Source of the DNA: a virus
Lineage: Duplodnaviria; Caudoviricetes
Reading direction: 5' to 3' (one strand)
Length of the DNA stretch: 55,643 nucleotides
Virus record (IMG/VR): IMGVR_UViG_3300030372_005607
Span: 1-55,643 of that record
Made by a program: the position numbers and the translations under genes. Below the pieces are notes generated by a model. That model searched no databases. It saw only the letters and a program-made list of their open reading frames with translations, and had not been told where the DNA came from. The number at the start of each line of letters is the position of its first letter. Within the stretch, counting starts at the first letter, position 1. Shown in pieces: positions 42,046 through 52,500 of the stretch.

Positions 42046-43391
42046 AAAGAAATATCGGAAAATTTAATAAAATTGCTTACCAAGATGGCGGCGAGGTTGC
42101 CGCTTTCGATGAGCCCCGGTTTGATGAAGATTCTGAGGACATCGGACCTCCCATTCTTGGGGCTCCTATGCCAACTCCGAATGCCCGCACTGGTGTACTT
42201 GGTCAGATTTCTGAGCCGAAAGAGGACATCTCTCCCCAGAGATATGCTGGGGAAATGGCCTCACGTAAGCGAATGAAGAAAATGCCGCAGCAATCCCCAC
42301 TAGGCCCAATAACTGGTGGCCTTAAGAGTGTTCAGGAAGCAAATATTCCTTCATCTCCGGACCAGCAAGCTTCTTTGGGTGACCGGTGGATGGGAGAAGT
42401 TTGGCAGGGTTTGACTTCCGAAGAGAATCCAGTTTCAAACAGTCTTGGCCTCTCCGGAATTGGTTACGCGCATGGGGGTTCCGTTGAAAGCGCTATGGAT
42501 CTTTACAACCAAACCATTAGCGAGCTTGAGTCTGGTGGGATTGGTTACGCGGGTGGTGGTCTTGTAGATAAGTCTGAAGAAATAGCATCTATGGGTCGTA
42601 ACGGCGACACGATGCTTATGCACATTAATCCTTCGGAGCTTCAGGGTCTTCAAAGCTTGCTTGGACCTGTTTCAATTAACCCGGACACGGGAAACCCCGA
42701 GGCATTTGCTTGGTTGGTTCCTCTGATTGGTGCCGCTATGGGAACAATAGCTGCTGGTGGCATGTCTGATTGGGAGCTTGGTCCCACACTTGCCGGTGCT
42801 GGAATCGGTGCAACGATGGGTCTTGGATTAGGCGGGCTTGCCGGTGCCGGTGCCGGGGCCGGCGCTGCTAAAGCTGGGGCGATTGCCAATATTGCTCCGT
42901 CACTAAGTAAGGCTGTTTCAGCTTCGACTCCTTCTATGATTGGTGGGAAAATGGCAATTCCCACAGTGACGCAAAGCGTTTTGGGAACCCAAGCAAATGC
43001 GCTTTTGGCAAATCCCTTAATATCCGGCGCTTCTTTTGGGGTTCCGCAGGCATCTGCGGGTGGGTTGGGTTCGGTGGCTTCTGCTGGTGCTGGCCCTTTC
43101 GGTCAGGCTGCTTTTAATGCGATTGCTCCATCAGCGATGAAAGCTGGAGAAATAGCCCCCAAGGCCCCGGGAATACTTGGAACATTAAAAAAAGCAATTT
43201 CCGGTAGTGGCTCTGACATGGCCCTTAAGGGTCTTGGCGCTTTAGGTTCTGGCGGTGGCAACAGGCCAGCGCCCCCGCCCGCTTCTCCTCCCATTCAAAG
43301 ACGGAAAAGTCAAAGCGTTGACCCCAGGCAGTTTATGCGGAAGCCAACTATGGGGCAGGGACTTCCTGGCAGCAGAAGGATAGGGGGCTGA
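42042..43391 (+). CDS. Internal virion/ejection protein
   Basis: Three YxxGGxV motifs, GRNGDTMLMHI...NPDTGNPEAF, Gly/Ala-rich hydrophobic segment. Confidence 0.7.
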   Translation: MKRNIGKFNKIAYQDGGEVAAFDEPRFDEDSEDIGPPILGAPMPTPNARTGVLGQISEPKEDISPQRYAGEMASRKRMKKMPQQSPLGPITGGLKSVQEANIPSSPDQQASLGDRWMGEVWQGLTSEENPVSNSLGLSGIGYAHGGSVESAMDLYNQTISELESGGIGYAGGGLVDKSEEIASMGRNGDTMLMHINPSELQGLQSLLGPVSINPDTGNPEAFAWLVPLIGAAMGTIAAGGMSDWELGPTLAGAGIGATMGLGLGGLAGAGAGAGAAKAGAIANIAPSLSKAVSASTPSMIGGKMAIPTVTQSVLGTQANALLANPLISGASFGVPQASAGGLGSVASAGAGPFGQAAFNAIAPSAMKAGEIAPKAPGILGTLKKAISGSGSDMALKGLGALGSGGGNRPAPPPASPPIQRRKSQSVDPRQFMRKPTMGQGLPGSRRIGG

Positions 43392-43392
43392 A

Positions 43393-46300
43393 ATGGACGA
43401 AGAAGAAGAAGAAATTATCAACCCTTTTGAAGAAGTAGATTTTGAAGAAGGCCTCGGTCCTCAGCCCGATGACTTTGATCCTAACTTTGATGTCCTTGAT
43501 GTTGTCGAAGCTATTGGAACCCAAAACCCAGAGTACGATTTTTATTCTGCAGAAGGCGAAGCACCGGGAACCATCGATAAGTACGACGTTGCCTTTCTTC
43601 AAGCCGGTGAGCCTTCACTTGCTGCTCAAGAAATCATGGGTGGTTACGAAGCCCCTGAACTGTCTTCTATCGTTCCAGAGCGTTTACAAGGCGTGTGGTC
43701 ATTGACAGAAGCCCTTGGAACCGTCAATCCAGATTTAAATGTTTTTGGCGATGATTTAATTACCGGAGAAGACATAGTAGCATTTGGCAGGGGTATACCG
43801 TTCGCCAGAGATTACTACGGTGGTTACGGAGTTTCTCCTGATGAAATAGAAGAGTCTGAAACTTACGGACAGGCCTACGCAGGGTATGTACCTACAGAAG
43901 GTATAGACTCTTTGCAGTATCTATTTGGTCCGCAGAGCATACCGCCTGGATTAGAGAAGACATTTTTTGATGTAGAAAGGGATCCGTTTAGGCAAGATTG
44001 GTCGGAGGGGGCATTTGTTCCTTATTACTATGATCTTGGTGAAATGTCTGAAGTGGATCAGGACCTTTATCGAAATTCGGAATCGTTTCTTTCCGACCTT
44101 GGAGAGAGGGCCTCTGCTTCTGGTTTCGATGACATCAATTTGTATCTGATGTCTCTTTCGTCAGAAGACCCTGTTGAGTTTTCTAGGCAAAGGGATTTGT
44201 ATAATTACTTTGCTCCTATATACGAGGAGCTTGGGCCGCGGTATAGGGCGATACAACAGGAGTCTTTCCAAGAAAGTCTAAGATCTCCTGAGATGAGAGA
44301 CTATTTGCAAACCCCGGAGGGTAGTCGGGATATAGTCCAATCGATAGGCATTTTGGCTGCTGCATCGGGCATAGACCCTTCGAGATTGACCAGTCAAGAC
44401 GTTTCAGCATTGCTGGACATAATCGGAACTGGCGGACTTGATAGTCTGATCTACGGCAACGAAACCACAGGGCCAAGATTTAGTGTTGTTAGTTCGGACG
44501 ATGGTGGATCTACTACGGTTTCTCAGAAAATTGTAGACCAAAATGGCAATGATATTATTCGTGTTGAAGACGGTCAAATTAAAGACGCTGTAACTAATGA
44601 AACTTTAGAACTTGACCCGATTACCGGAACAATCGATATCCTTGATGAAAACGGTAACAAGGCCGCCACTGTTTCACTTGGAGAAGACGGATCAATTGAA
44701 ATAGATGAAGTATCCGGACCCGATCCGTCAAATACCGTTTTTGACGATCCGCCCGGTCAAACTACTGGGGGTCCAGGCCCTGATCAACAATATCAGGCCA
44801 CTCCGGGTTTTGATAGAGGCGACATTTCATACTTCTATGACGTTAACGACTTCAGCGAAGGATACGAGTTTTTAAGATTTGTTTCGCCAGATGGCTTTCG
44901 ATACAACCCGGACGCAGACATAGAGAGTGGCGAATACGGGGTTAGCTTTGGAGACTTTTCCCTTAGATCTGGCGCTGACGAGGTCAGGCAATATGATCAA
45001 ATATATGGGAATAACCCAATTATGGGATACAACCCAGATGATGCGCCAATTGATTGGTCCGAACTTGATACGCTACCCGGCGAGTCTTCTCAAATAATAT
45101 CTGGTTTTGCTTCTGAAACAGCGACCATTAACGGAGGGAAGAGTGAAGACAGTGTTTCTTTGGTCCAGTACCCTGCGTTTTTGGTAAGTGCTGTAAATGA
45201 TAACGAACCCAGTCTGATGAGAGTTAGCGGTGGAGACCCATACGCTTGGTGGGAAAGCCTTAGCACTTCGGACAGATTGAAGTTTGAAAGTGCTTACTCC
45301 GGCGAAGGTGAGGACGTTGTTTATGTAGACGTTGAAGATCCAACAGCGGATATATTTAACCGAGACGAATCCGGCAAAATAACAGAATACTTAATGCCGA
45401 TGTGGATGGTTAAAAAGCAACTTGTCTCGAAGGATTTTGGCGATGAAGTTGACCACAAGATGTGGAGCCATCTTTCTGCAAGTGCAAGAAACGATCTTCA
45501 AGAAAAAGCTGCTAGTGATTCTCAAACAATTACCGGAGAAGACCTGAAACTAGTTCCCGTCATGAGGGTATCTGATGACGGCACCATTGAAACCGCGACG
45601 TTTAATTATGGCACTTCCTCAGAGGACGATGCAGTTATTATTTTCCCAGACCCCCAGCAGAAATCAACCAGCGTAAGAATAGAGCCAAATATAGATAAGC
45701 TTACCTTCGGCCAGTTTGCCAAAGTAGTCGCTGATTCCGGATTCGACAATACATTCGTTGATCATGCTGATTATATGAGCGAGGCAACTAAAGAACTTGT
45801 AAGAAATGATCTTGGAGATAATCGCGCTTGGGAGTCTTTCCACAATACGGGACGAAACCGTTATGAAGTAAGAGGTAATTTTGAAGCTAAAGCGGCCTCT
45901 GGAGATTTTGCGCGTAATACTACGTACAAGGGGTCTAGAAATTCAGGCACTTCTGCTAATAGAAATGATTGGCCTAACTTTGATTCACCCTGGCACGGCA
46001 CGGCCTTTCCGGATGGCCTTTTTGATTATGTCATAAACAATATCGACAACTTCAGAGATGCGACCGGTGGAGATGTCTATGCCGTTCCCATTAGGGCAAG
46101 CGGCGATCCGGATATAGAAATAGGAAGTGTTCAAGATTGGACACCCGGGGGCGTCAGGCAGGGGGCAGGTAACAGGCGTTACCCTTATGGCGAAAGTTTT
46201 AAACAAATTGACATTGATGGAGAAAAGGTACTTTCTGGTATCGATAATGAAACCTCTTCTCAATACCAGAATGTAAAAACCCTTGGGGATATTAAGAACG

Positions 46301-47187
46301 CAGATCCTATTGATTGGGGTGTGTTTCTTGCTGGTGCGGGCGATGCAGAAGAAGACGATCTTACAGATTCCCAAAGAGCGGCCAGGGACGGTGGGTGGGA
46401 AGGCATCTACAACACCGATTGGATTCCTTTCGGAAAAGAAGATGTAGATGAGTACGGAAATGACATCCAGTACTACCCCATAAAAGATCCCGCTTCTGAC
46501 GTTGGCGGTGTTTACTTTGGAATTGAAGAGTGGATGCTTCAAGTTGGAAGAATGTATCAAGCATATTCAAACGCAATAGACAATAGACCGGCTAGCACGC
46601 TAAATGAGAAGAAATTCTACGAAGACATTATTGGTCAGAAACAAAAAACTTACGAGAGCCCTGACGGATTAAGTTTTGATGAAATAGAAAACATGGACGA
46701 ACGCAAGAGGCTTCAAAAGCAATGGTCTGAAGAAACGGACTCGGATTGGCTCAGTGAACTGATAAGGGTGGAAGGTGCCTATTCGGGAGACAATTTTTCA
46801 GATTTGTTTGGGGGTTTTGAGGCACCTTACCCATTGTTTGTTCCTGCTGATTTTGAGACAGAATCACTTTACTCTGGCGGGATTGTGGGTGTTTCCGATA
46901 GCCCTGGGCACACTGGGGATTTTGAGTTTTCTGGCGGCGGCTACGTGCCGGGGGTTCAGGGTGGTATGGATGACACAGTACCTGCCGTTACTGACGGGTC
47001 TTCGCTTGCAAAATTGTCTAGCGGTGAGTTTGTAATACCGGCAGATGTTGTCTCTGGACTTGGAGATGGCAACAATGCTAACGGAGCCCAAAAACTGTAT
47101 GAAATGATGGATCGTATTAGGTCTTTTAAAACGGGGAGCCCTGTTCAACCTCCCCCGATAGATGAATCAATGGTTCTTCCTGAATAG
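43393..47187 (+). CDS. Large acidic internal virion protein
   Basis: 1264 aa, D/E-rich; C-terminal GG.DD.VPA...LSSGEFVIPADVVS.LG.G domain. Confidence 0.7.
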   Translation: MDEEEEEIINPFEEVDFEEGLGPQPDDFDPNFDVLDVVEAIGTQNPEYDFYSAEGEAPGTIDKYDVAFLQAGEPSLAAQEIMGGYEAPELSSIVPERLQGVWSLTEALGTVNPDLNVFGDDLITGEDIVAFGRGIPFARDYYGGYGVSPDEIEESETYGQAYAGYVPTEGIDSLQYLFGPQSIPPGLEKTFFDVERDPFRQDWSEGAFVPYYYDLGEMSEVDQDLYRNSESFLSDLGERASASGFDDINLYLMSLSSEDPVEFSRQRDLYNYFAPIYEELGPRYRAIQQESFQESLRSPEMRDYLQTPEGSRDIVQSIGILAAASGIDPSRLTSQDVSALLDIIGTGGLDSLIYGNETTGPRFSVVSSDDGGSTTVSQKIVDQNGNDIIRVEDGQIKDAVTNETLELDPITGTIDILDENGNKAATVSLGEDGSIEIDEVSGPDPSNTVFDDPPGQTTGGPGPDQQYQATPGFDRGDISYFYDVNDFSEGYEFLRFVSPDGFRYNPDADIESGEYGVSFGDFSLRSGADEVRQYDQIYGNNPIMGYNPDDAPIDWSELDTLPGESSQIISGFASETATINGGKSEDSVSLVQYPAFLVSAVNDNEPSLMRVSGGDPYAWWESLSTSDRLKFESAYSGEGEDVVYVDVEDPTADIFNRDESGKITEYLMPMWMVKKQLVSKDFGDEVDHKMWSHLSASARNDLQEKAASDSQTITGEDLKLVPVMRVSDDGTIETATFNYGTSSEDDAVIIFPDPQQKSTSVRIEPNIDKLTFGQFAKVVADSGFDNTFVDHADYMSEATKELVRNDLGDNRAWESFHNTGRNRYEVRGNFEAKAASGDFARNTTYKGSRNSGTSANRNDWPNFDSPWHGTAFPDGLFDYVINNIDNFRDATGGDVYAVPIRASGDPDIEIGSVQDWTPGGVRQGAGNRRYPYGESFKQIDIDGEKVLSGIDNETSSQYQNVKTLGDIKNADPIDWGVFLAGAGDAEEDDLTDSQRAARDGGWEGIYNTDWIPFGKEDVDEYGNDIQYYPIKDPASDVGGVYFGIEEWMLQVGRMYQAYSNAIDNRPASTLNEKKFYEDIIGQKQKTYESPDGLSFDEIENMDERKRLQKQWSEETDSDWLSELIRVEGAYSGDNFSDLFGGFEAPYPLFVPADFETESLYSGGIVGVSDSPGHTGDFEFSGGGYVPGVQGGMDDTVPAVTDGSSLAKLSSGEFVIPADVVSGLGDGNNANGAQKLYEMMDRIRSFKTGSPVQPPPIDESMVLPE

Positions 47188-47196
47188 GGGAAAGAG

Positions 47197-48114
47197 ATGA
47201 GTGGCGGATCACCTAAAAGTACTACGCAAACAGTAATCCAAGAAATTCCCGAATGGGCAAAGCCTTATTATAAAGGTATTGCATCTAGGGGAAGATCTGA
47301 GTCAGGAAAACTTTACAAGCCATACGGAGGTGAGCGGGTTGCTGGCTTCACTTCTCCAGAACGAAGGGCCTTTCGGGCTGCCGAGGGTATTTATGCTGCA
47401 GGGCCACGAGAAGAGTTGGACTGGTCTTACGGAAGAACCCAAAGGGCTGCTGACATTGGCAACCGCCCCGGTCTTTGGAGTTCCAAGGCTTATGAGCAAT
47501 ATGCAAATCCTTATACAGAAAATGTTCTTGATCTAGGCAGGGACAGGCTTCTTGAGGGATATAGAGAAGCTATGCCTCAGGCCATTCGCTCTGCAAAAGA
47601 ACCGTTTTATGAGGCTGGCATTGTTGGCGGCAGGCAAAATGTTATGGGCGCTAGGGCTGCTGGTGAAGTCTCTGATGCATTTGCGAAGAACTTAAGAGAG
47701 TATGAGGCCGAAGGTCTTGCATCTGCTTACGACGCTGCCCAGGAGTCTTTTAGGGCCGACAGGGACGCAAGGCAAGCTGGTGCCGATCTTCAATTGAGGG
47801 CTGCTTCTCAAGCTCAGAATTTGGCATCTGCTCAGCAGAGTCAGGCTTTCGAGAGAATCAACGCTTTGCAATCTGCTGGGCTGTCCCAGAGAGAGATGAA
47901 TCAGGCGATTAGAGATATTGCTTATCAGGATTTTTTGCAGAAGCAGAATTACCAAAAGGATCAATTGAATTGGTATGCGGCCCTGTTATCTGGGACTCCT
48001 TACAACGTAACCAATCAATCTACTGTTAGCACTCAACCGGGCGCAAGCCCGATCTCTCAAGGTGTTGGCCTAGCAACCGCCGGACTAGGCGCTTACAAGA
48101 TGTTCAATAGTTAG
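47197..48114 (+). CDS. DNA ejection/pilot protein
   Basis: IPEWAKPY...Y.GERVAGF...Y.NPY, Q/A-rich helices, Gly-rich hydrophobic C-terminus. Confidence 0.7.
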   Translation: MSGGSPKSTTQTVIQEIPEWAKPYYKGIASRGRSESGKLYKPYGGERVAGFTSPERRAFRAAEGIYAAGPREELDWSYGRTQRAADIGNRPGLWSSKAYEQYANPYTENVLDLGRDRLLEGYREAMPQAIRSAKEPFYEAGIVGGRQNVMGARAAGEVSDAFAKNLREYEAEGLASAYDAAQESFRADRDARQAGADLQLRAASQAQNLASAQQSQAFERINALQSAGLSQREMNQAIRDIAYQDFLQKQNYQKDQLNWYAALLSGTPYNVTNQSTVSTQPGASPISQGVGLATAGLGAYKMFNS

Positions 48115-48122
48115 GATTAAAA

Positions 48123-49586
48123 ATGAGTTACTCACTTCTTGAAATGCAAGAAACTCTCAGAAATATTCCCATTGATGGTGTTAAGCGAGTTGCCTCCGGT
48201 CAGCATGGTAAAGCACATCAGCTATTGGCAATGGATGAGTTGAAGCGTCGCCAAGAGATGTCTGCCAACGCACAGGCAGAATCAGCAGAGGCTGGCGTCC
48301 AGGCTCCTCCAATGATCGACCAGTACATGAAACTTGCTGGAGATGTTAGTCAATTACCAATTCAGCAGCAGATGCCCGGACAGGGTCAGATTCCCCAAGC
48401 TCCTGCCAGGGGCTTGCCTCCGCAGATGCCTCCGCAGATGCCTATGACCACAGAAGGTTATTCTAACGGTGGCATTGTTGATCTTTTTGAAGGCATGGGA
48501 CCGCCTTCAACGATTACATCTGCCGCAATACCGAACCAGGGGGGAGCAAGACCCTCTGTAAATGAAATTTTGAAAGAATACAAAAGTCATCTTTATCCAA
48601 CTAGAAAAGAAGAAATTATTAAACAACTTTTAGCAACTGGAATGTCCCCGGAAATGGCAGAAATAGAGGCTGTTAGGGTTTTAGAAAATGAAAGCACAAG
48701 GCATTTTATTTCTGCTCAGCCCAAAAACCGAAGCCTGATGGAAATTTTGGGAGTACACCCAGGAGGTGCTGATAAGGCGCGGGAGCTTAGGGATCAAGAA
48801 AATGTAATTAATTTAAACCGGCAAAACTTAGAAGATTCTCCGGGTGCATTTTCAAGGTTGATTTCCGATGTACCGGGACAATTTGTTAGAGGAGTATCTT
48901 CGGGAGCATCTAGTTTTTCTGATGCGTTAAAAAGCCCAAGACAAAGAGCCATTGATAATTACAATGAGCGCCTTGCGAGACAGACGAAAGAATCACCTCA
49001 AACACCTAATAGCAATGGCCTGATAGAAGTTAATAGGACTGTCCAAGCGGCCGCGGGGAATGGTAATAGTGGTACACCAAATTCCCGAGGTAGCGAAGAT
49101 GACAATCAAGACAGAAATGTAACAACTCAGGACAGCTCTGACATTTTCAACTCTCCCTGGGCCGCGCTTATGCAAGCCGGTTTGAATATTGCCGCCGGAG
49201 ATTCTCCTGACGCCATATCTAATATTGCCGGTGGAGCAGGCGATGCATTCAAGCAATACCAAGGAAGGCTTGTTCAAGAAAGGGAACTTGAAGATCGCAG
49301 GGATAGGGATAGATTCCAGAATAAACTCGTTGACGCTCAGGTTGCACAACTTGAGGCTGAGACTGGTATGATAAATCAATACAGTGGACTAGATTTACAA
49401 AAGATCATTTCAGAAACTCAGGCATCTCCAGCATACCAGATTGCAAAGCCTGAAGAACAAAAAGAATTACTTCTAAATGCAATTGAAGCAGCTAAAGCCG
49501 CTGCAGCTCGATACTCACTTCCGGGGATTGGTCCGATTAAGATTGATTCTTCAGATCTTAAAAGACAAGTGAGCGGTAGGAAGTAA
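48123..49586 (+). CDS. DNA ejection protein
   Basis: EL.RR N-terminus, YSNGGIV, ALMQAGL.IAAG.SP.A..NI. Confidence 0.7.
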   Translation: MSYSLLEMQETLRNIPIDGVKRVASGQHGKAHQLLAMDELKRRQEMSANAQAESAEAGVQAPPMIDQYMKLAGDVSQLPIQQQMPGQGQIPQAPARGLPPQMPPQMPMTTEGYSNGGIVDLFEGMGPPSTITSAAIPNQGGARPSVNEILKEYKSHLYPTRKEEIIKQLLATGMSPEMAEIEAVRVLENESTRHFISAQPKNRSLMEILGVHPGGADKARELRDQENVINLNRQNLEDSPGAFSRLISDVPGQFVRGVSSGASSFSDALKSPRQRAIDNYNERLARQTKESPQTPNSNGLIEVNRTVQAAAGNGNSGTPNSRGSEDDNQDRNVTTQDSSDIFNSPWAALMQAGLNIAAGDSPDAISNIAGGAGDAFKQYQGRLVQERELEDRRDRDRFQNKLVDAQVAQLEAETGMINQYSGLDLQKIISETQASPAYQIAKPEEQKELLLNAIEAAKAAAARYSLPGIGPIKIDSSDLKRQVSGRK

Positions 49587-49592
49587 ATATTT

Positions 49593-52500
49593 ATGTCTTT
49601 TGCATGGAATGACGAATCGCCGAATGTAGTTGTGTTCCCTGATGGAACTTCTTATGAATTGCAGGCGGGGATTTCTGCTGAGGAAGCCCATAGGTATTTT
49701 GAATCTATTGGTGCTTACGAGTCGCACGGCAAGTCTGTTTCTGGCGAGGATGATGCAGAGGAAAGATCTGGTTTTGTGCCTGGAATTTTTTCTAGCATCG
49801 AAAATATTAAAGGAACTTTCGGATCGGCACTTCCATTTACAGCGGCTGGTCTTCCTATTACCGGCACTGAAGAACAAAGGCTTGAATATCTAAAGAAGGG
49901 TCAGGAGATTTCAAGTAAGTCTAGAGAAGCTCAAATGGAAGAGCTTCCAGATCCAGCATCAGTGGAAAGCATCAAGGAGGCCTATGATGATGGAGGTGCT
50001 TGGGACGCTCTTTCTGAAACATGGGACTTTGCGAAAGAATCGGTAGGGCAACAGGTTCCGATTTTCGGCGGCTTGATGGCAGCCCAAAAGGTTGGTGCTA
50101 GTAAACTTGTTTCAAATAGTTTAATAGGAAGAGCCGGAACTGCTCTTCTTGCAAGGGCTGTCCCGGCTGCAGTCGCCCCTTATGTTGCTGCAAGTTTTAC
50201 AAATCCTTGGACCGGTGCTGCTGCAGCGCTCGCACTGTCTGCTGCATTCGCGTACTCCAGCATGCTTCGCGATAATGCTGAAACTGCAGAAGACTTAGAG
50301 GACATTAAGGTCCTTAGGGCAGCAACTGCGGCCGCTCCTCATGCGGCTATGGAGTATTTGGGTTTTGCTATGACAGGGGCATTTGGCCCTATAAAGCAGA
50401 AGCTTGCTGCAAAAACCCTAAAGGATACTTTGGCTGGCGCATCTACCTCTGCCGGTAGGGAGGCATGGAAAGCTTCCGGTAAGCAAGTGGCCAAGTCTCT
50501 GACAGAATTTCCAACCGAGCTTGCACAGACAGTTATAGAAAGAGCACAGGCTGGAGAATCTATAAGCCTTGACGATGCTGACTTTGTCATGGAGATGATA
50601 AATGTTGCAGCAGCCACCGCTCCAGTTGTTGGTGTTTTTGGTGGTTACGGAGGCTACAGGTCTTACAAGAACGAAAAGGCCACTGGTCAAGAGTTTGAGA
50701 AAAAAACGAAACTCGAAAAAGCTCATCGCAACGCTGTATCTGAGGCCAGAAGGCTAAAGATAGAAGAGCAGGAAGCCAATGCCAGGAGAATTGCTGACGA
50801 AGCTACAGCTAGGTATGAAAGTGCTGTTGGTGCGGAAAGGGCGATGGACGAAAGGATCGTTCAGGAAGTTGAGAAGCTTGCAGAAAGAACACCCGTAGAA
50901 TACGAAGACATCTTAGAAGCTCTCGATTCCAGGGGCGTCACTCCTGATAACGTATTTAATTCTGGAGTTGCCGCTTTTATTTTCAGAAACACTGACGGAA
51001 ATGTAAAAAGTCTTGATCAACTAAAAGACAGTCCTGCACTTTCTCAAAAGGAAAGAGACCAGAGAGCTAAGTACAGGAGAAGGGTTTACTCGATACTTAG
51101 CGGAATGGGTTCTTTTGAGTACGTCGGTGCTGATAAGGATTCTTCACTTACTTTTAGCGAATACACATCTGAACAATTCGACAAAGTGATAAAAGCAACT
51201 AGGAAATTTAAAGGCAAGGGCAGAAATACTAAGATAAACAGAGACAACATTAGAAAAATACTAGGCTTCGGTAACTCTGGAATTGAAAACAGAATTGCTG
51301 GCGCAATAAAAAGAGATCTAAAGCTAGACGGTTATTCACAACGGGTTAACAACGTGGATGTAGGCAGGAATCCGGGTCACACCGAGGCTCAATATCGCGA
51401 GATCATGGACCTTGCTAGGTCCAATGGCCGACTGACCCAAGAAATATACGAACAGGTTACAAATAATTACGGAAGAGAACCGTATTCGCAATTCGTTGAA
51501 GATGCCCTTGTTCGAGGCGGCTTGGATCCCGCAGAGGCAGAGAACAATGTCTATGTTCCTATGCGTGCCGAAAAGGGAATTGGTTTTATAGACGTTCAGA
51601 TTGACCCTGATGCTACTGGCTTTTTTATACGCGACGAGGATGGGAAAATTGTCGGCGGTGCAAGTACAAAATCCATGGCCAATGATGTCCTAAGGGTTTT
51701 GAAACATCGAAGCCGATCTTACACAGTAAAAAGGAACGGCCAGACATATAAGACCTTCAAGAGCAAGGGCTGGGCCGATCAGGTTGTTTCCAAGGAATCT
51801 CAAATGAACCCTGAGGATTCATTTGAGGTTGTTTCCAATCCCGTAGCAAAACTTGAAATTGACAAAACAAAAAGTCCTGGGTTTAGAGTTGTTGAGCAGT
51901 TTAGAGATGAAGATGGAAATCCCAAAGACACTTACGAAGATTCGTTTTCTCCGACCATAGAGATAGCTGAAGAAAGAAAGGTCGAGAGAGAAAGAGAATA
52001 CAGCGTAGGCGAGTCTTCGTGGGACAGGCGATCCGATAAACGTCGAGAGCAAGCGATGCAGGACTTGCTTTACGGACCTAAGGAGCGTGGATACTGGATG
52101 CCGGGAGTTCCTTATGTCAAGCCGGTACTCGAAGACTATGCCCCAGCGGAGCCAGTCCTTTCCGAAGAAGAAACTAGAATTGTCGAGGCTATTGACAGTC
52201 AGCTAGAAGCAATTGGCATTACTGATTTTAAGGGAAAGGTAGAAAAAAGCATAGCTGCTGGAGAAAACACCGATGCTCTTGGTCAGATTAACCTCTTGTA
52301 TCGAACGATATCAGTTGCTTTGGATAAAGTTTCTGGAGCCGACACAGACGCTGAACTAGACTCCGCTGTTGCTAGTGTCGTAGACCACGAAGTTATACAT
52401 GCCATGCGAGAGCTTGACCTCTTTGAGGACAGCGAATGGCTTGCTCTTACGAGGAGTATCGCAAGGATACGAATACCGGATTCGGTCAGGAATCAAAACC

